Shown here: positions 40,628-54,209 of the stretch, in pieces
How the letters are laid out: every line of letters starts with the position of its first letter
How positions within the stretch are numbered: the stretch's first letter is position 1
From: Octopus sinensis
Lineage: Eukaryota
DNA length: 64,000 nt
Direction of reading: 5' to 3'
NCBI RefSeq assembly: GCF_006345805.1
Contig: NC_043011.1
Coordinates: 49,302,464 to 49,366,463, forward strand
The notes under the pieces: generated by a model
The model's input: only the letters and a program-made list of their open reading frames with translations
Database searches by the model: none
Told to the model about the DNA's origin: nothing
Program-made: the position numbers and the translations under genes

Positions 40628-41042
40628 GTAGTCGTGGCTGTTTGGTAAAGAGTTTGATTCCCAAGCGCTTGATACCGGGTTCAGTCCCACTATGTGAAAC
40701 CTTCGGCGAAAGTGTCTTCCACTATTACTCCAGACCGACCAAAGCCTTGTGTGTGGATTTGGCACATGGACACTAAAAGATCCCCATTGTATATAAGCAT
40801 ACATATGTGTGTGTGCATGTGCGCGTGTGTGTGTGTTTGTGCATGTTTATTTATGTCTATGTCCACCGTCACAACCAGTGTTGGTATGTTTGCATCCCCA
40901 TAACTTAGCAGCCCGACAACAGATGCCCATACAACACATACCAGGCTTTTAAGAAATTACTACTGGGGTCAATTCTTTCGATTAAATATTTTTCCATGTT
41001 CCCAGTAAGGCCGTAGTCTAATGACTGAAGCAGGTAAAAGAT
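40628..41042 (+). mobile_element. Diverged family B SINE
   Basis: gtagtcgtggctgtttggtaa...ccgggttcagtccc...gactgaagcaggtaaaag. Confidence 0.7.
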
Positions 41043-41372
41043 ATATATGTATATATCGTTTATGTGTTACCTTTTACTTGCCTCAGTCACACACACGTGC
41101 ACACACACATACAAACGCACACATACACGCACACACTAACACACACACATACACGGCTATGTGGTGAGTAGCTTGCTTACCAACCACATGGTTCCAGGTC
41201 CAGTCCCACTGCGTGGCACCTTGAGTAAGTGTCTTCAACTGTAGCCGCCATATTCGAGGCAGAATAGCAGAAACAACTGTATGCCTATGAAGTTCGTAAG
41301 ATTCCTTCGTCATCTGCTTTTGTTATTTCTATTCTGTACCCGACTAACTCTTCATTCTGAAGCATGTGCAAT

Positions 41373-41666
41373 GGAGGCACATGGCCTAGTGGTTAGAGCA
41401 GCGAAATCGCGGTTGAGGAATCGCGGGTTCGAATCTCAGACCGGGAGATGTGTGTGTTTATGGGCGAAACACCTAAGCTCCACGCGGCTCCGGCAGAAGG
41501 TAATGGCGAACGTCTGCTGACACTTTCGCCACAACTTTGTCTCACCCTTTCCTCCTGCATCTTGCAGCTCACCTGCGATGGACCGGCATCCGGTCCAGGT
41601 GGGGAACCTATACGCCAAGGAAACCGGGAAACCGGCCCTTATGAGCCAGGCGTGGCTCGAGAAGGA
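41373..41666 (+). mobile_element. Family E tRNA-derived SINE
   Basis: A-box tggcctagtggtta, B-box gggttcgaatctc; body shared in part with family C. Confidence 0.8.
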
Positions 41667-41975
41667 GCATATGCATATTGAATTCTACACCAGGTTATTA
41701 AACTTGGAACGCCTATGTGCGATATATATATATATATATATGATCAAGGTGCAGAAATCGCGTACTCCGAATGAATAAGGTAATGTAATCCGGTATCAGA
41801 AAGAATTTCACAAATTAGGTAATCCAAATTCAGTCGGAAGGACGGGGCTTCATGTGAATGTGCGGTAAATCGCTAACCCACCAAAAACTGAGAAAAAAAC
41901 ACAAGAAAAATCAACAACGCGAGTACATGATACATGCAAAATATTGATAAGACACTCGGGGAAGGAAAGAAAGGG

Positions 41976-42012
41976 TATTTTACGTTTCGAGCTAAGCTCT
42001 TCTTCAGAAACA
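41976..42012 (-). ncRNA. Minimal type I hammerhead ribozyme motif
   Basis: Minus strand UGUUU CUGAAGA A GAGC UUA GCUC GAAAC GUA AAAUA; all core positions canonical. Confidence 0.65.
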
Positions 42013-42104
42013 GAAGACAAGAAAGTCCAAAAGAGAAGGAAGACGGAAGGAAAAAATCGCCAACAATCCACATGTATGTAACTACATACATGTGGATTGT
42101 CTCC

Positions 42105-42141
42105 TGTTTCTGAAGATGAGCTTTGCTCGAAACGTAAAACA
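42105..42141 (+). ncRNA. Minimal type I hammerhead ribozyme motif
   Basis: UGUUU CUGAAGA U GAGC UUU GCUC GAAAC GUA AAACA: 5-bp stem I, 4-bp stem II, ACGU palindrome in place of stem III. Confidence 0.7.
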
Positions 42142-43088
42142 TACTTTCTTTACTTCACTGAGTGTCTTATTAATACCTTGCATGTACCACGTGATCGCGT
42201 TGTTTTTTTTCTTGTATTTATCCTGTTTTCTTTTTGTATTAACTACATATGTGTGTGTGTGTATGTGTTTGTCTCTGTATATATGTATGCATTTATACGC
42301 ACATACAAACTGCACCAACAACGTGCAGGCTCGTGAAACCACTCATTATCCTAATTGCTCTTTAATGAAAATTTTCTCAACATAAGTAATTCTTCAAATA
42401 AACATTTAAAGCGGGTTGGACGTTGTGGTGGGGCTGTTACTTCTCGAAAGTACTAGAATCTATTGGATGAAAAAGATCTCAGTCGTTGATAAGATACATC
42501 ATACACATTAAAACTTGTCAAAACTTAATTTAAAACTAAATAAATGATTCGCAGATATATGTTCGGTGATAATAATAAATACAGTAAAAGTCGTTCTTGC
42601 AATGAAGTGTTTTAGAAATTTACGCTGTAAAACTGGAAATTGGGACAAGGGTGAACCAGTATCACGTAACATAAGTAAATAATAAATAAATCAATAATGT
42701 ATGTAGGAAAAAGAAATACGGGAAAAGAGAGAGAGGGAAGGAGAGATAGTGAATGAAAAAAGATGGTGAATAAATTGGAAAGAGATGATCAGCTTTAAGT
42801 GTTTATTTGATTAGTTAGTAAAACAATAAAAGAAGATGGTTGCTAAGTTAACAAAAAAAGAAAATTTGCTTTCGGTTTACAACAGCTTGTCTCAGGTACA
42901 GATAAAAAACAAATAATGGATGCGTATGTAGATGTATATACTAAGGGGAGATGAGAGCAATTAGAAAGCATACAGTTGACTGAGAAATTAGATATGTAGA
43001 GACGAAGAGGCTGGTCGGCTTTGCACACAACTAGTAGGGTGTGACTGACACAGAAACACAGAAAAAATAACTGAGCAAAAAAAAAAAC

Positions 43089-43577
<489 letters not shown>

Positions 43578-43704
43578 GAGCAAAATAAAACGGAGGATCT
43601 CCAGTTTCGACATACTAAATGTAAAGTTCTTTCCCGGGTTATACAAATACATAAGGGTCGCTTCCCATGGTGCGTAAATTCCCCTTCTGGTTAGTCACGG
43701 GATT

Positions 43705-43848
43705 ATTCATTTTTATCAGCTAAATGGACCGCAGCAATGTGAAATGAAGTGTTTTGCTCAAGAACACAACGCGTCGCCCGAGCCAAGAATTGAAACCACA
43801 ATCTTATGATGATGAGTACAACACCTCTAGCGACTAAGCCACGCGCCG
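43705..43848 (-). mobile_element. Family D-like SINE head, degenerate
   Basis: aagtgttttgctcaagaacacaacgc...gactaagccacgcgcc. Confidence 0.65.
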
Positions 43849-43974
43849 CCTCATTCTCGAAATACGCACAAGTAAAACGCGTTTGAGAATATGTAAAACA
43901 ATCAACGACAATCAAATCCTGGTTGAAGTGATAATTTTAAAAAAAGGAATTATAATATAGCATAATATGATTTT

Positions 43975-44342
43975 TGTTTTATTTCTTTCAGGCCTTAGCC
44001 TGCGGCCATGCTGGGGCACCACCTTGAAGAATTCTTAGTCAAACGAATTGACCCAATTCTTTTTTTCTTTTAAGCCTGGCATTTATTCTATCGATCTTTT
44101 ATGGGGACTCAGACACAGCGACACAGATTACCAAGCGGCGATCGAGGACGTACACACATTCACACACTTATGTATAAATGCAACGGGCTTCTAGTTTTCC
44201 GTCTACCAAATCCAGTCACAAGTTTTTGGTCCGCATGAGGCCATAGTGGAAATTTGCCCAAGATACCAGGAAGTAGGACTTAACTCTGTACCATGGGGTT
44301 AAGAAGCAGCCACCTTTACCTGCACCACCACGCCTGTGCCTA
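43975..44342 (-). mobile_element. Old family B-like SINE
   Basis: ctgcggccatgctggggcaccaccttgaag...ttccgtctaccaaatcc...caccacgcctgtgccta. Confidence 0.7.
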
Positions 44343-44344
44343 TG

Positions 44345-44382
<38 letters not shown>

Positions 44383-44393
44383 TTATAATAAAC

Positions 44394-44497
<104 letters not shown>

Positions 44498-45099
44498 TAA
44501 TAATAATAATAAATTGTATTAAAATCTGATCGATGAATAACCATTTAGAATGCAAAAAGCAAAACGTCAAAGTTAAGAGTGAAAAGCTGTATAAAGCAAA
44601 CCCATACAGATAAAAACCCCACCAAAATTCTATGAAATTTCCGTAATGCTTAAGTAGAACCTATCTTGTTCAGTTTCAGGACAATCCGGCCTGGCTCTGA
44701 AAATCTGAACTGTTGGACTACCGTCGACAATCAGCGAAGTTCTTGATTTCGAAGCATTTCCCACTGAACAATATATGTAGAGAATCTTCTCTTAAAATCG
44801 CTTGTTTTACGTGTCGACTTGTTGATTTCAATGTGTTGGGTGTTGTCTTCGATATTATTGAACATGTGGTTTCCTTCTGGCGAATGATTTCTCAGTAATC
44901 ACGCACATTATCACAATTAGGCATATATTTACACAATTCACCGAAAGGCATATACACAAACACGTACTCACACATGTGTAATCATATGAATATATATATA
45001 TATATATATATGAATATATATATAAATATATATGTATGTATGTACGATATATTGTAAGTAATATATATATATATTAATATATGTAATTATATATATATA

Positions 45100-45142
<43 letters not shown>

Positions 45143-45237
45143 AGATTACATATATATATATATATATTATATATACATATAGATATTATATATATATTAT
45201 ATTATATGTGTATATATGATATATATATATATATATA

Positions 45238-45315
<78 letters not shown>

Positions 45316-45316
<1 letters not shown>

Positions 45317-45427
45317 TCTTTTACTCTTTTATTTGTTTCAGTCATTTGTCTGCAGCCATGCTGGAGCACCACCTGTAGTCGAGCAAATCGACCCCAGGGT
45401 TTATTCTTTGTAAGCCTAGTACTTATT
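45316..45427 (-). mobile_element. Family B SINE 3' fragment
   Basis: ctcttttactcttttatttgtttcagtc...gtaagcctagtacttatt. Confidence 0.8.
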
Positions 45428-45595
45428 AAGAGAAAAAAATCTATCAGAAAGGAACTCTATCTCTCTTTAAAAAATATCTTTTGATAAGCATAACAAATGC
45501 GCAACCGGTAAAAAGGAACTTTCACCTAATTAAATACACTCTCCCTTACTTAAATTATTTTGTCAGCATTTTCTTCATTTCCTTTATAATTATAT

Positions 45596-45629
<34 letters not shown>

Positions 45630-45752
45630 ATATATTATATATATATATATATATAAACGGAAGGTTTACGAAAATAAACAAAAGACGAAGGCAGGTGGAG
45701 TACAAACAAACAAATGTATTAGTATGGCGCTCAGGAATAGAAATAGAACAAG

Positions 45753-45790
45753 TCTTTTACGTTTCGAGCCTACGCTCTTCGACCGAAAGA
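45753..45790 (-). ncRNA. Hammerhead-like motif with variant core in a (TA)n-flanked ~205-bp element (45655-45860)
   Basis: Minus strand UCUUU CGGUCGA A GAGC GUAG GCUC GAAAC GUA AAAGA. Confidence 0.45.
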
Positions 45791-45861
45791 TACACGGAAA
45801 AAAACAAGGAGAGAAAAAATGCGTGTAGGAGCTAACAATCTATCATGGCGTCCTGACTTCG

Positions 45862-45911
<50 letters not shown>

Positions 45912-46339
45912 TTGTATGTAGAGTCTTACATGATTCTCACAAACGATGGTTTCTAACTGGTTACCCGTCATATATATAAATTATTGTAATGGCTGATCGC
46001 AAGTTAGAACCCCAAAAGGCACAATTACAAACGTCACTAAAAGTGACTAAGGTTGCAAGTAATCACCACCATTGCAAGAAATAAGAGTTAAAAGAACTCT
46101 TAGCTACGAACAGAACATTTTCTGTTACAAAAGGATTTATTCTATTGACATGCCAATGAGAATTAATTTGATCTTAAATCACCGTGATCTGGCGCCCTCG
46201 CTTGCTAAAGGAGCTTGACTCCCTTATCAATCGATAGATAGATGTTTTTATAACAGAAAATGCTCTGTTCGAGGCAATGAGTTGTGTTAACTGTTATTTC
46301 TAGCAATTCAGGTGCTTTAGTGACGTTTGTAGATATATA

Positions 46340-46648
46340 TTTTTATATATAAAACTGAAGTTGTGTGTGTGAGTGTCTGTCTACTCTGATTTAGATTCAT
46401 AACTACTCCCACATTTTGCGGTGCAGTTTAACCACAAGCGGGTATCTTATAGTCGTGATTCATATCAAGCCCTTCTGGGTATTAGCGCGCGTCTACAATG
46501 AGTCTACGATTTTAAAAACAAATTACCATCATTTTTCCGCATTTTTAATGCATTTTTTGCTCGGTTTATATCAGGGAAGTAACTCTCTAAAAATGATTAT
46601 ATAGTTATTCCCCTTACAAACCCGAGCAACGCCGGGCGATACTGCTAG
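46340..46648 (+). mobile_element. Non-autonomous Helitron, short variant
   Basis: Same family as 10352 and 14828; ends cccgagcaacgccgggcgatactgCTAG|T. Confidence 0.75.
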
Positions 46649-47204
46649 TATATATATTAATTTATGAGCTCTACACATAGAAATAAGTCCACATACCTGT
46701 AACTGAACCAAAGCATAGACGTATGGGGATTGTGGTGGTGCGGGTGGAAAAGAATTTGGAAGTTGAGAGTCTGATAACAAGTCACGTAAATACAGTTATA
46801 TTGTGTCTTCCATCTTTTATTTATTTATATACTTATTTATTTATTTTTGTGAGTATATGTGTGTGCGCGTGTGTTTTATTCGTCATGATCGTGAGGACGT
46901 TCACATCTTTCGTCGTACTCAATCACCACCGTCACCATCATGATCATCATGATCGCGATCATGGCGAACGTAATGATCATTACCATCATCATCATCATCC
47001 TCATAGACCTCGTCGTCGTCGTCGCCACCTTCCTTTTCTACTTCGTTTATGTATCTTTCATTGCTACTATTCCAGGGTGTTAAATAGTTGGCAGGTGGTT
47101 TCCACTTTATGATTGCAGAATATCTATATATATATATGTCTATATGTATATTTATTTGTTTGTGTGTGTATGTGTGGATGTGTGTGCGTGTGTATGTATA
47201 TATG

Positions 47205-47273
<69 letters not shown>

Positions 47274-47280
47274 TATATAC

Positions 47281-47393
47281 AGAGTGAGAGAGAAAAGAGA
47301 GAGTGTATATATATGTGTATGTGTGTGGTAGTATTTATATGTACATATATATATATATACATATATATAGTGTGTGTGTATGTATCAGTATAA

Positions 47394-47433
<40 letters not shown>

Positions 47434-48649
47434 AAGAGAGATGTATATATGTGTGTGTGTGTGTGTGTGTGTATGCATATAACGAAAATGATTTGATGTA
47501 ATATCATAATAAAGACTTAGGGTGCAGGGTAATACCAACCTTGCGAAAAACAAGAATGAAAAATCCTTATAGCCTCAAAAACACATTATGTACAATATAC
47601 TATACATATATATATATGTGTGTGTATGTGTATGTATATATATAGACATATATATATACATATATATACATATATATATATGTGAGTGTGTGTGTGTGTA
47701 TGCATGTATGTGTGCAGGAGCACCGCGTTAAAGGTTTTACTTTTTAATCGAAGAAATCGACTCCAGGTCTTATTCTTTGTAAGCCAAGTACTTATTCTAT
47801 CGTTCTCTTTGCCGAACTGCTCCGTTACCAGGACGTAAACACACCAATATCGGTTGTGAGGCGATGGTGGGTGACAAAGACAGATACCACAAAGACACAC
47901 TCACACACGCACACACACGTGCACACGCGCGCGCATATATGTGCAATATGCGACAGGCTTCTTTCTGTTTCCATCTAGCAAAGCCATCTGCATAGCTTTG
48001 TTTCACCCCGAGGCTATAGAAGAAGACAGTTGCACAAGGTGCCACGCAGGGAGACTGAACCCGGAACCATGTGGTTATGAAGCAAGCTTCTTACCATACA
48101 GCCCACAGGAATATAGTTTGAAGAGAATTCGGTTGCTATGTCTATAGCGACGGCTTTCTCTATCAACGCGCTGTTACTTTAAACTCTAATTTTTCAAACA
48201 AAAAAAAAACAACGATGCTTGCCTCGAATGCCTGCCTCTGTCAAATGTGATTTAGAGTCGGAAATAACGGTTGTCTGGCTTGAGGTGTGGCTGTAAAGTT
48301 TACTGTTGTTGATTTAATTCGAATGGAGGTTTGCCATAAATCTATAGCTTTCACCTGTATCTTATTTACATTTTTACAAGAAAAAGCAAAATGCTGGAAT
48401 TTTAAGTGAAGCCAACAGCTTCAAAGTGGTGCAGTGAAATATAGACTAGCATAAACACACATACACAGACACACACACAGTCACATACTCTATATATCTC
48501 TCTCTCTCTCACACACACACACATACGCATATACACATGAATGCTGTTTTGAAGTGGCGAAGTTAAACCGACAGGTGTGCATACGCTTATACCTACATAT
48601 ATAGATAAGTGCCTATACATATGAGTGTTTGCCTGCCTCTAAACATCAC

Positions 48650-48685
<36 letters not shown>

Positions 48686-48725
48686 ATGTGTGTGTGTATT
48701 TATATATATATGTATATAGTATATA

Positions 48726-48756
<31 letters not shown>

Positions 48757-49213
48757 CAGAGTGAGAGAGAAAAGAGAGAGTGTATATATGTGTAGTGTGT
48801 GTTTATTGTACATATATATATATACATATATATATGTGTGTGTATGTATCAGTATAAATATATATATAATATATATATACTACTATATATATACATATAT
48901 ATATATGTGTATATAGTGTATATATGTATATGTATGCATATATAATATATATATACATACATATATATATATATATTAATATATATATACAGAAAGAGAG
49001 ATGTATATATGTGTGTGTGTGTGTGTGTGTGTATGCATATAACGAAAATGATTTTATGTATATCATAATAAAGACTTAGGGTGCAGGGTAATACCACCCT
49101 TGCGAAAAACAAGAATGAAAAATCCTTATAGCCTCAAAAACACATTATGTACAATATACTATACATATATATATATGTGTGTGTATGTGTTGTATATATA
49201 TATACATATATAC

Positions 49214-49245
<32 letters not shown>

Positions 49246-50209
49246 TGTGTGTGTGTGTGTGTGTGTGTGGTGTGCATGTGTGCAGGAGCCACCGCGTTAA
49301 AGGTTTTACTTTTTAATCGAAGAAATCGACTCCAGGTCTTATTCTTTGTAAGCCAAGTACTTATTCTATCGTTCTCTTTGCCGAACTGCTCCGTTACCAG
49401 GACGTAACACACCCCATATCGGTTGTGAGGCGATGGTGGGTGACAAAGACAGATACCACAAAGACACACTCACACACGCACACACACGTGCACACGCGCG
49501 CGCATATATGTGCAATATGCGACAGGCTTCTTTCTGTTTCCATCTAGCAAAGCCATCTGCATAGCTTTGTTTCACCCCGAGGCTATAGAAGAAGACAGTT
49601 GCACAAGGTGCCACGCAGGGAGACTGAACCCGGAACCATGTGGTTATGAAGCAAGCTTCTTACCATACAGCCACAAGAATATAGTTTGAAGAGAATTCGG
49701 TTGCTATGTCTATAGCGACGGCTTTCTTATCAACGCGCTGTTACTTTAAAGCTAATTTTTCAAACAAAAAAAAAACAACGATGCTTGCCTCTGAATGCCT
49801 GCCTCTGTCAAATGTGATTTAGAGTCGGAAATAACGTTGTCTGGCTTGAGGTTGTGCTGTAAAGTTTACTGTTGTTGATTTAATTCGAATGGAGGTTTGC
49901 CATAAATCTATAGCTTTCACCTGTATCTTATTTACATTTTTACAAGAAAAAGCAAAATGCTGGAATTTTAAGTGAAGCCAACAGCTTCAAAGTGGTGCAG
50001 TGAAATATAGACTAGCATAAACACACATACACAGACACACACACAGTCACATACTCTATATATCTCTCTCTCTCTCACACCACACCATACGCATATACAC
50101 ATGAATGCTGTTTTGAAGTGGCGAAGTTAAACGACAGGTGTGCATACGCTTATACCTACATATATAGATAAGTGCCTATACATATGAGTGTTTGCCTGCC
50201 TCTAAACAT

Positions 50210-50260
<51 letters not shown>

Positions 50261-50327
50261 ATGTGTGTGTGTATTTATATATATATGTATATAGTATATA
50301 TATATATTATATATATATATATATATG
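47281..50327. repeat. ~1.5-kb tandem duplication (47281-48757 and 48758-50327), each copy containing a family B SINE
   Basis: Unique blocks recur 1477-1569 bp apart; ORFs 47797-48045 and 49366-49614 are almost identical. Confidence 0.9.
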
Positions 50328-50397
50328 TGTGTGTGGGTGGTGTGTGTATGTGTGGTGTATTTATAGACATATATATATATATATATAATATATATAT

Positions 50398-50488
50398 GGA
50401 GGCGCAATGGCCCAGTGGTTAGGGCAGCGGACTCGCGGTCATAGGATCGCGGTTTCGATTCCCAGACCGGGCGTTTTGAGTGTTTATT
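50398..50488 (+). mobile_element. Family C SINE head only
   Basis: Almost identical to the 21513 head; stops abruptly at gagtgtttatt. Confidence 0.85.
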
Positions 50489-51297
50489 CTGTTAGGTATC
50501 TCCACAAGCTTGGTTACGATGGCAGATCAGCGAGAAAGAAGCCACTTCTTCGACCAGCCAACATTATGCGAGGAAAAGATTGAACCAGTGAGATGGCGTA
50601 GAGGCTCCTAGCATTTTGGCATACTGTCATGTTCTCTGATGAGTCCAGATTTACTGTTTTTCCTGACAGTGTGGATCTCGTGACTCTGTGATCAAGAATC
50701 TGATGTAAAAAGATTACAGCCAACAATGAAACACGGCAGGTATTCCATGATGTTCTGGGGAGCAATTTGGAGCAACGGTCGATCAGAGCTGGTGGAATGG
50801 GACGGAAACATAAGCTCAGATAAATATGTATCCATATTGCAGAGAGAACTCATTCCAATCTGCTCCAGTGGTGAAAGGATTAGAGAAGGCTCTTTATTTA
50901 TGGCAGATGGGGCGCCTTGTCACACAGCTAAAATGACCCAAGATAAGAATGGCATTAAAAAGCTTCTATGACCAAGCCAGTCACCAGATATGAACCCTAG
51001 TGAACACTTCTGGGACATAAAGGATAAGACACTACATAAAAAGAACAAGAAAGTGTCTTCAAAGATCTTTTGAGATTACTGCATGAAACCTGGCAAGAAA
51101 TTCCGCAAGAGAATATTCGTTACCTGAAAACTATTCGTTATCTGAAAACTATTCGTTATCTGAAAAATGCAAATGACAAGTCTACTAAACACTGAATATT
51201 CACATTATAATAATTAATAAATAATCTGAATGTAGTTTAGATTTAAATAAATTTTAATCATTATGAGGGTGTCTATCAACTTCTGCTGTCACGTCTG
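50489..51297 (+). mobile_element. Decayed Tc1-family transposon (transposase C-terminal two-thirds, probable right end)
   Basis: Peptides ARKKPLLR, WHTVMFSDESRF, KHGRYSMMFWGAI, FMADGAPCHTAK, PSQSPDMNPSEHFW and STKH*; stops and frameshifts; candidate TIR ~51264-51297. Confidence 0.85.
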
Positions 51298-51887
51298 GTG
51301 TGTGGACTATGACTATATATTATATATATATATATACACATATATATATTATACATATATATATGTATGTATATATACACATACATATATACATACATTA
51401 CACACACACACGCATACGCACACAAAACACACACCACACCACACACATACACACACATATTATAATATATATATATTATATTATATATATATATATATAT
51501 ATCAGCAGCAAAATATTCCGAACTGAATATTTATGAGATCTCAATATTTCTATATTATTCGAAGGCAACATAAATAGTTGATGATAGCAAACATTAATAT
51601 AGGTGGTTGCAGGCTAAAAAAATAGCATTATGTAGCTAAAGAATGAAAATTCTATTCATAAAAAAAAACACATCAAAGTGTCTGACCGTTAGAAATAAGT
51701 CAAAGCTCTTAATTGCACCACCAAAACAATTTACACTAGAAACAACAGATTCAACGGTATACTAGCAGGTCGAAAAAAATCTCTCACATACCAATATAGC
51801 ATAAAACTATATATTTACTGGTACAGGTATATAAGTGAACCGGTATATATGTGGTACAGGTATATATGTGGACCGGTTTCTGGTTTG

Positions 51888-52123
51888 ATAAGGGCGGCGA
51901 GCTGGGAGAAGCGCTAGCACGCCGGGCGAAATGCTTTGCGGTATTTCGTCTGCTGTTACGTTCTGAGTTCAAATTCCGCCGAGGTCGACTTTGCCTTTCA
52001 TCCTTTTGGGGTCAATAAATTAAGCACCAGTTACGCACTAGGATCGATGTAATCGACTTAATACCTATGTCTGTCTTTGTTTGTCCCCTCTATGTTTAGC
52101 CCCTTGTGGGTAATAAAGAAATA
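51888..52123 (+). mobile_element. Full-length family A SINE with 13-bp TSD
   Basis: TSD ggtttctggtttg at 51875-51887 and 52124-52136. Confidence 0.92.
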
Positions 52124-52328
52124 GGTTTCTGGTTTGGTACAAAAGTCTTAACTTCTTCAGCACCTCTTAACCCTTTGAAACATTATCCTAATCTGTCACG
52201 TTGATATCTGCTGGTGTCCTTAATTGTTTAGCGCCAAAATGCGGACAGTCTCAGTGTGAAAAGTTACAAATCAACAGCAAAATATCCCGAAGTGAATATT
52301 TATAAAATATTAATATTTCTATTATTGT

Positions 52329-52785
52329 GAAGGCACGTGGCCTAATGGTTAGGCTGTTGTACTCACGATCTAGCGATCGTGAGTTCGATTCCCTGACTGG
52401 GTGGTGCGTTGTGTTTCTTAAACGAAACACTTCATTTCACATTCATTTCCAGTCCCCTTTTCGGTCCGGAAGTGCTGATTGTTGGTCTGCTCGCCTAGCG
52501 AGCGGGGTGGCATCATTTAAAGGCTAAACCGATGCAGAACCCTAATTGTGACCATCGATGCGTAGCAACTTTGAAAAGTAGAGGCACATGGCTTAGTGGT
52601 TAAAGCAGCGGACTCGCGGTCGAGGGATCGCGGGTTCGAATCTCAGACCGGGTGATCTGTGTGTTTATGAGTGAAGCACCTAAGCACCACGCGACTCCGG
52701 CAGAAAGTAATGGCGAACTTCTGCTGACTTTTTCGCCACAACTTTCTTTTACCCTTTCCTCCTGCATCTTGCTGCTCACCTGTGA
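52329..52785 (+). mobile_element. Adjacent family D (52329-52570) and family E (52581-52785) SINEs
   Basis: Two tRNA-like heads with A/B boxes; bodies match the copies at 20618/53608 and 41373. Confidence 0.75.
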
Positions 52786-53607
52786 CGGTCGTGAGTGAAT
52801 AAATGTTGACCTGAGGAATATTATTCATACACTACCGTGTGTGAATGATATTTTTTGAAAAGATTAGCACCACAACATTCGTCTTAATTAATTCTATCAT
52901 ATGATATAAAAAAAATAATAATTTAGGTTTTGAATTTGATTTTAGGCGTTACCACTTTTTCGGCACATTTCGCCCTACTAGCTTTTATACTTAAAACTAT
53001 TTTTTATATATAATTGGCATTATCGAATTCCTCTAGTGGAGATCCATCAGAAAAATTGAATTTAAATATAGTTTTCTTGGAGTCAAAGTCTATTTCAGGC
53101 GTTAATCTCCATTTTTTCCCTTTTTCGCCGGTTCTTACTTCAGTACTTTTTTCTACAGAAAATAGTCTTGCATATAAGCAACATGGATAGATTCCTCTCG
53201 CCGAAATCAATCATATGATCTAAAATTAAATATAGATTTCTTTTTTAAGAAAAAATATTTGGACTCAAACTCGATTTCAAGCGTTATTCTCGCATTCTTG
53301 ACCTCATATTTTACTGAAACTGTTTTTTTAGCGATGCAATTTTCAAATTTTGAAGCTGAAAATGTAGCTTAGGATGTGATCAATCTAAAAATGTAAACAT
53401 CACCTACTTTGGTTAAAAACTGAGTAAATAACAAAGCCCAGAAGTGGTCGCGAGTCAGTGAATGTATATATTCACAGACAACCGTGTGTGAATAATGTAG
53501 GTAAATAGGTAAATAGATAGGTATATAAGCATGTAATGAATGATAAACTAAAGTCAGTCACCACATCAAAGTGGCTGTTCAATATATACAATATATATTA
53601 TATATAA

Positions 53608-53912
53608 GTGGAGGCGCAATGGCCCAGTGGTTAAGGCAACGGACTCGCGGTCGTAGGATCGAGGTTTCGATTCCCAGACCAGGCGTTGTGAGAGTTTATT
53701 GAGGGAAAAGATCCACGAGGCTCCGGCAGGGGGTGGTGATCCCTGCTGTACTCTTTCACCACTCTTTCTCACACTCTTTCCTCTGTTGGCCTGCTCGCTT
53801 AGCCAGCTGGGTGGCGTCATTCGAAGGCTAAAACAATGCGAACGCATTGTGACCAGCGACGTGTAACTACATCGGATGGACTGGTCGGTCACATGATGAT
53901 GATGATGATGAT
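53608..53912 (+). mobile_element. SINE with family C head and a different (D-type) tail
   Basis: gtggaggcgcaatggcccagtgg head; tail ...ggtcggtcacatgatgatg. Confidence 0.85.
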
Positions 53913-54160
53913 GATATTATATATATAAAGGGTGCAGAATAGTACCGATAACAGCTGGCGGAGAATCTTCTTGGGGTTAAATTATTAGTAACAAGGAACA
54001 GCCACCTTGACTATACGTTTTAGTATAGTTACTACTCTGTTCGCTTCTTGAGATCTTACGACTAGTATTTTCCTGTGTAAATCAGTAACCGATGGTTGCG
54101 TTGCTTACAATATATTGTTGGTTGAAGTGGAATCTGGCTATCGCTCTGGCGGACAGATTC

Positions 54161-54209
54161 TCGCGACTGAAGATGAGCCAAATAGCTAGAAACTGAGCCA
54201 GTCTAGCGA
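54161..54209 (+). ncRNA. Type I hammerhead ribozyme motif with complete stem III and GUC site
   Basis: UCGCGA CUGAAGA U GAGC CAAAUA GCUA GAAACUG AGC CAGUC UAGCGA; one mismatch in stem I and one at the first pair of stem II. Confidence 0.65.
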
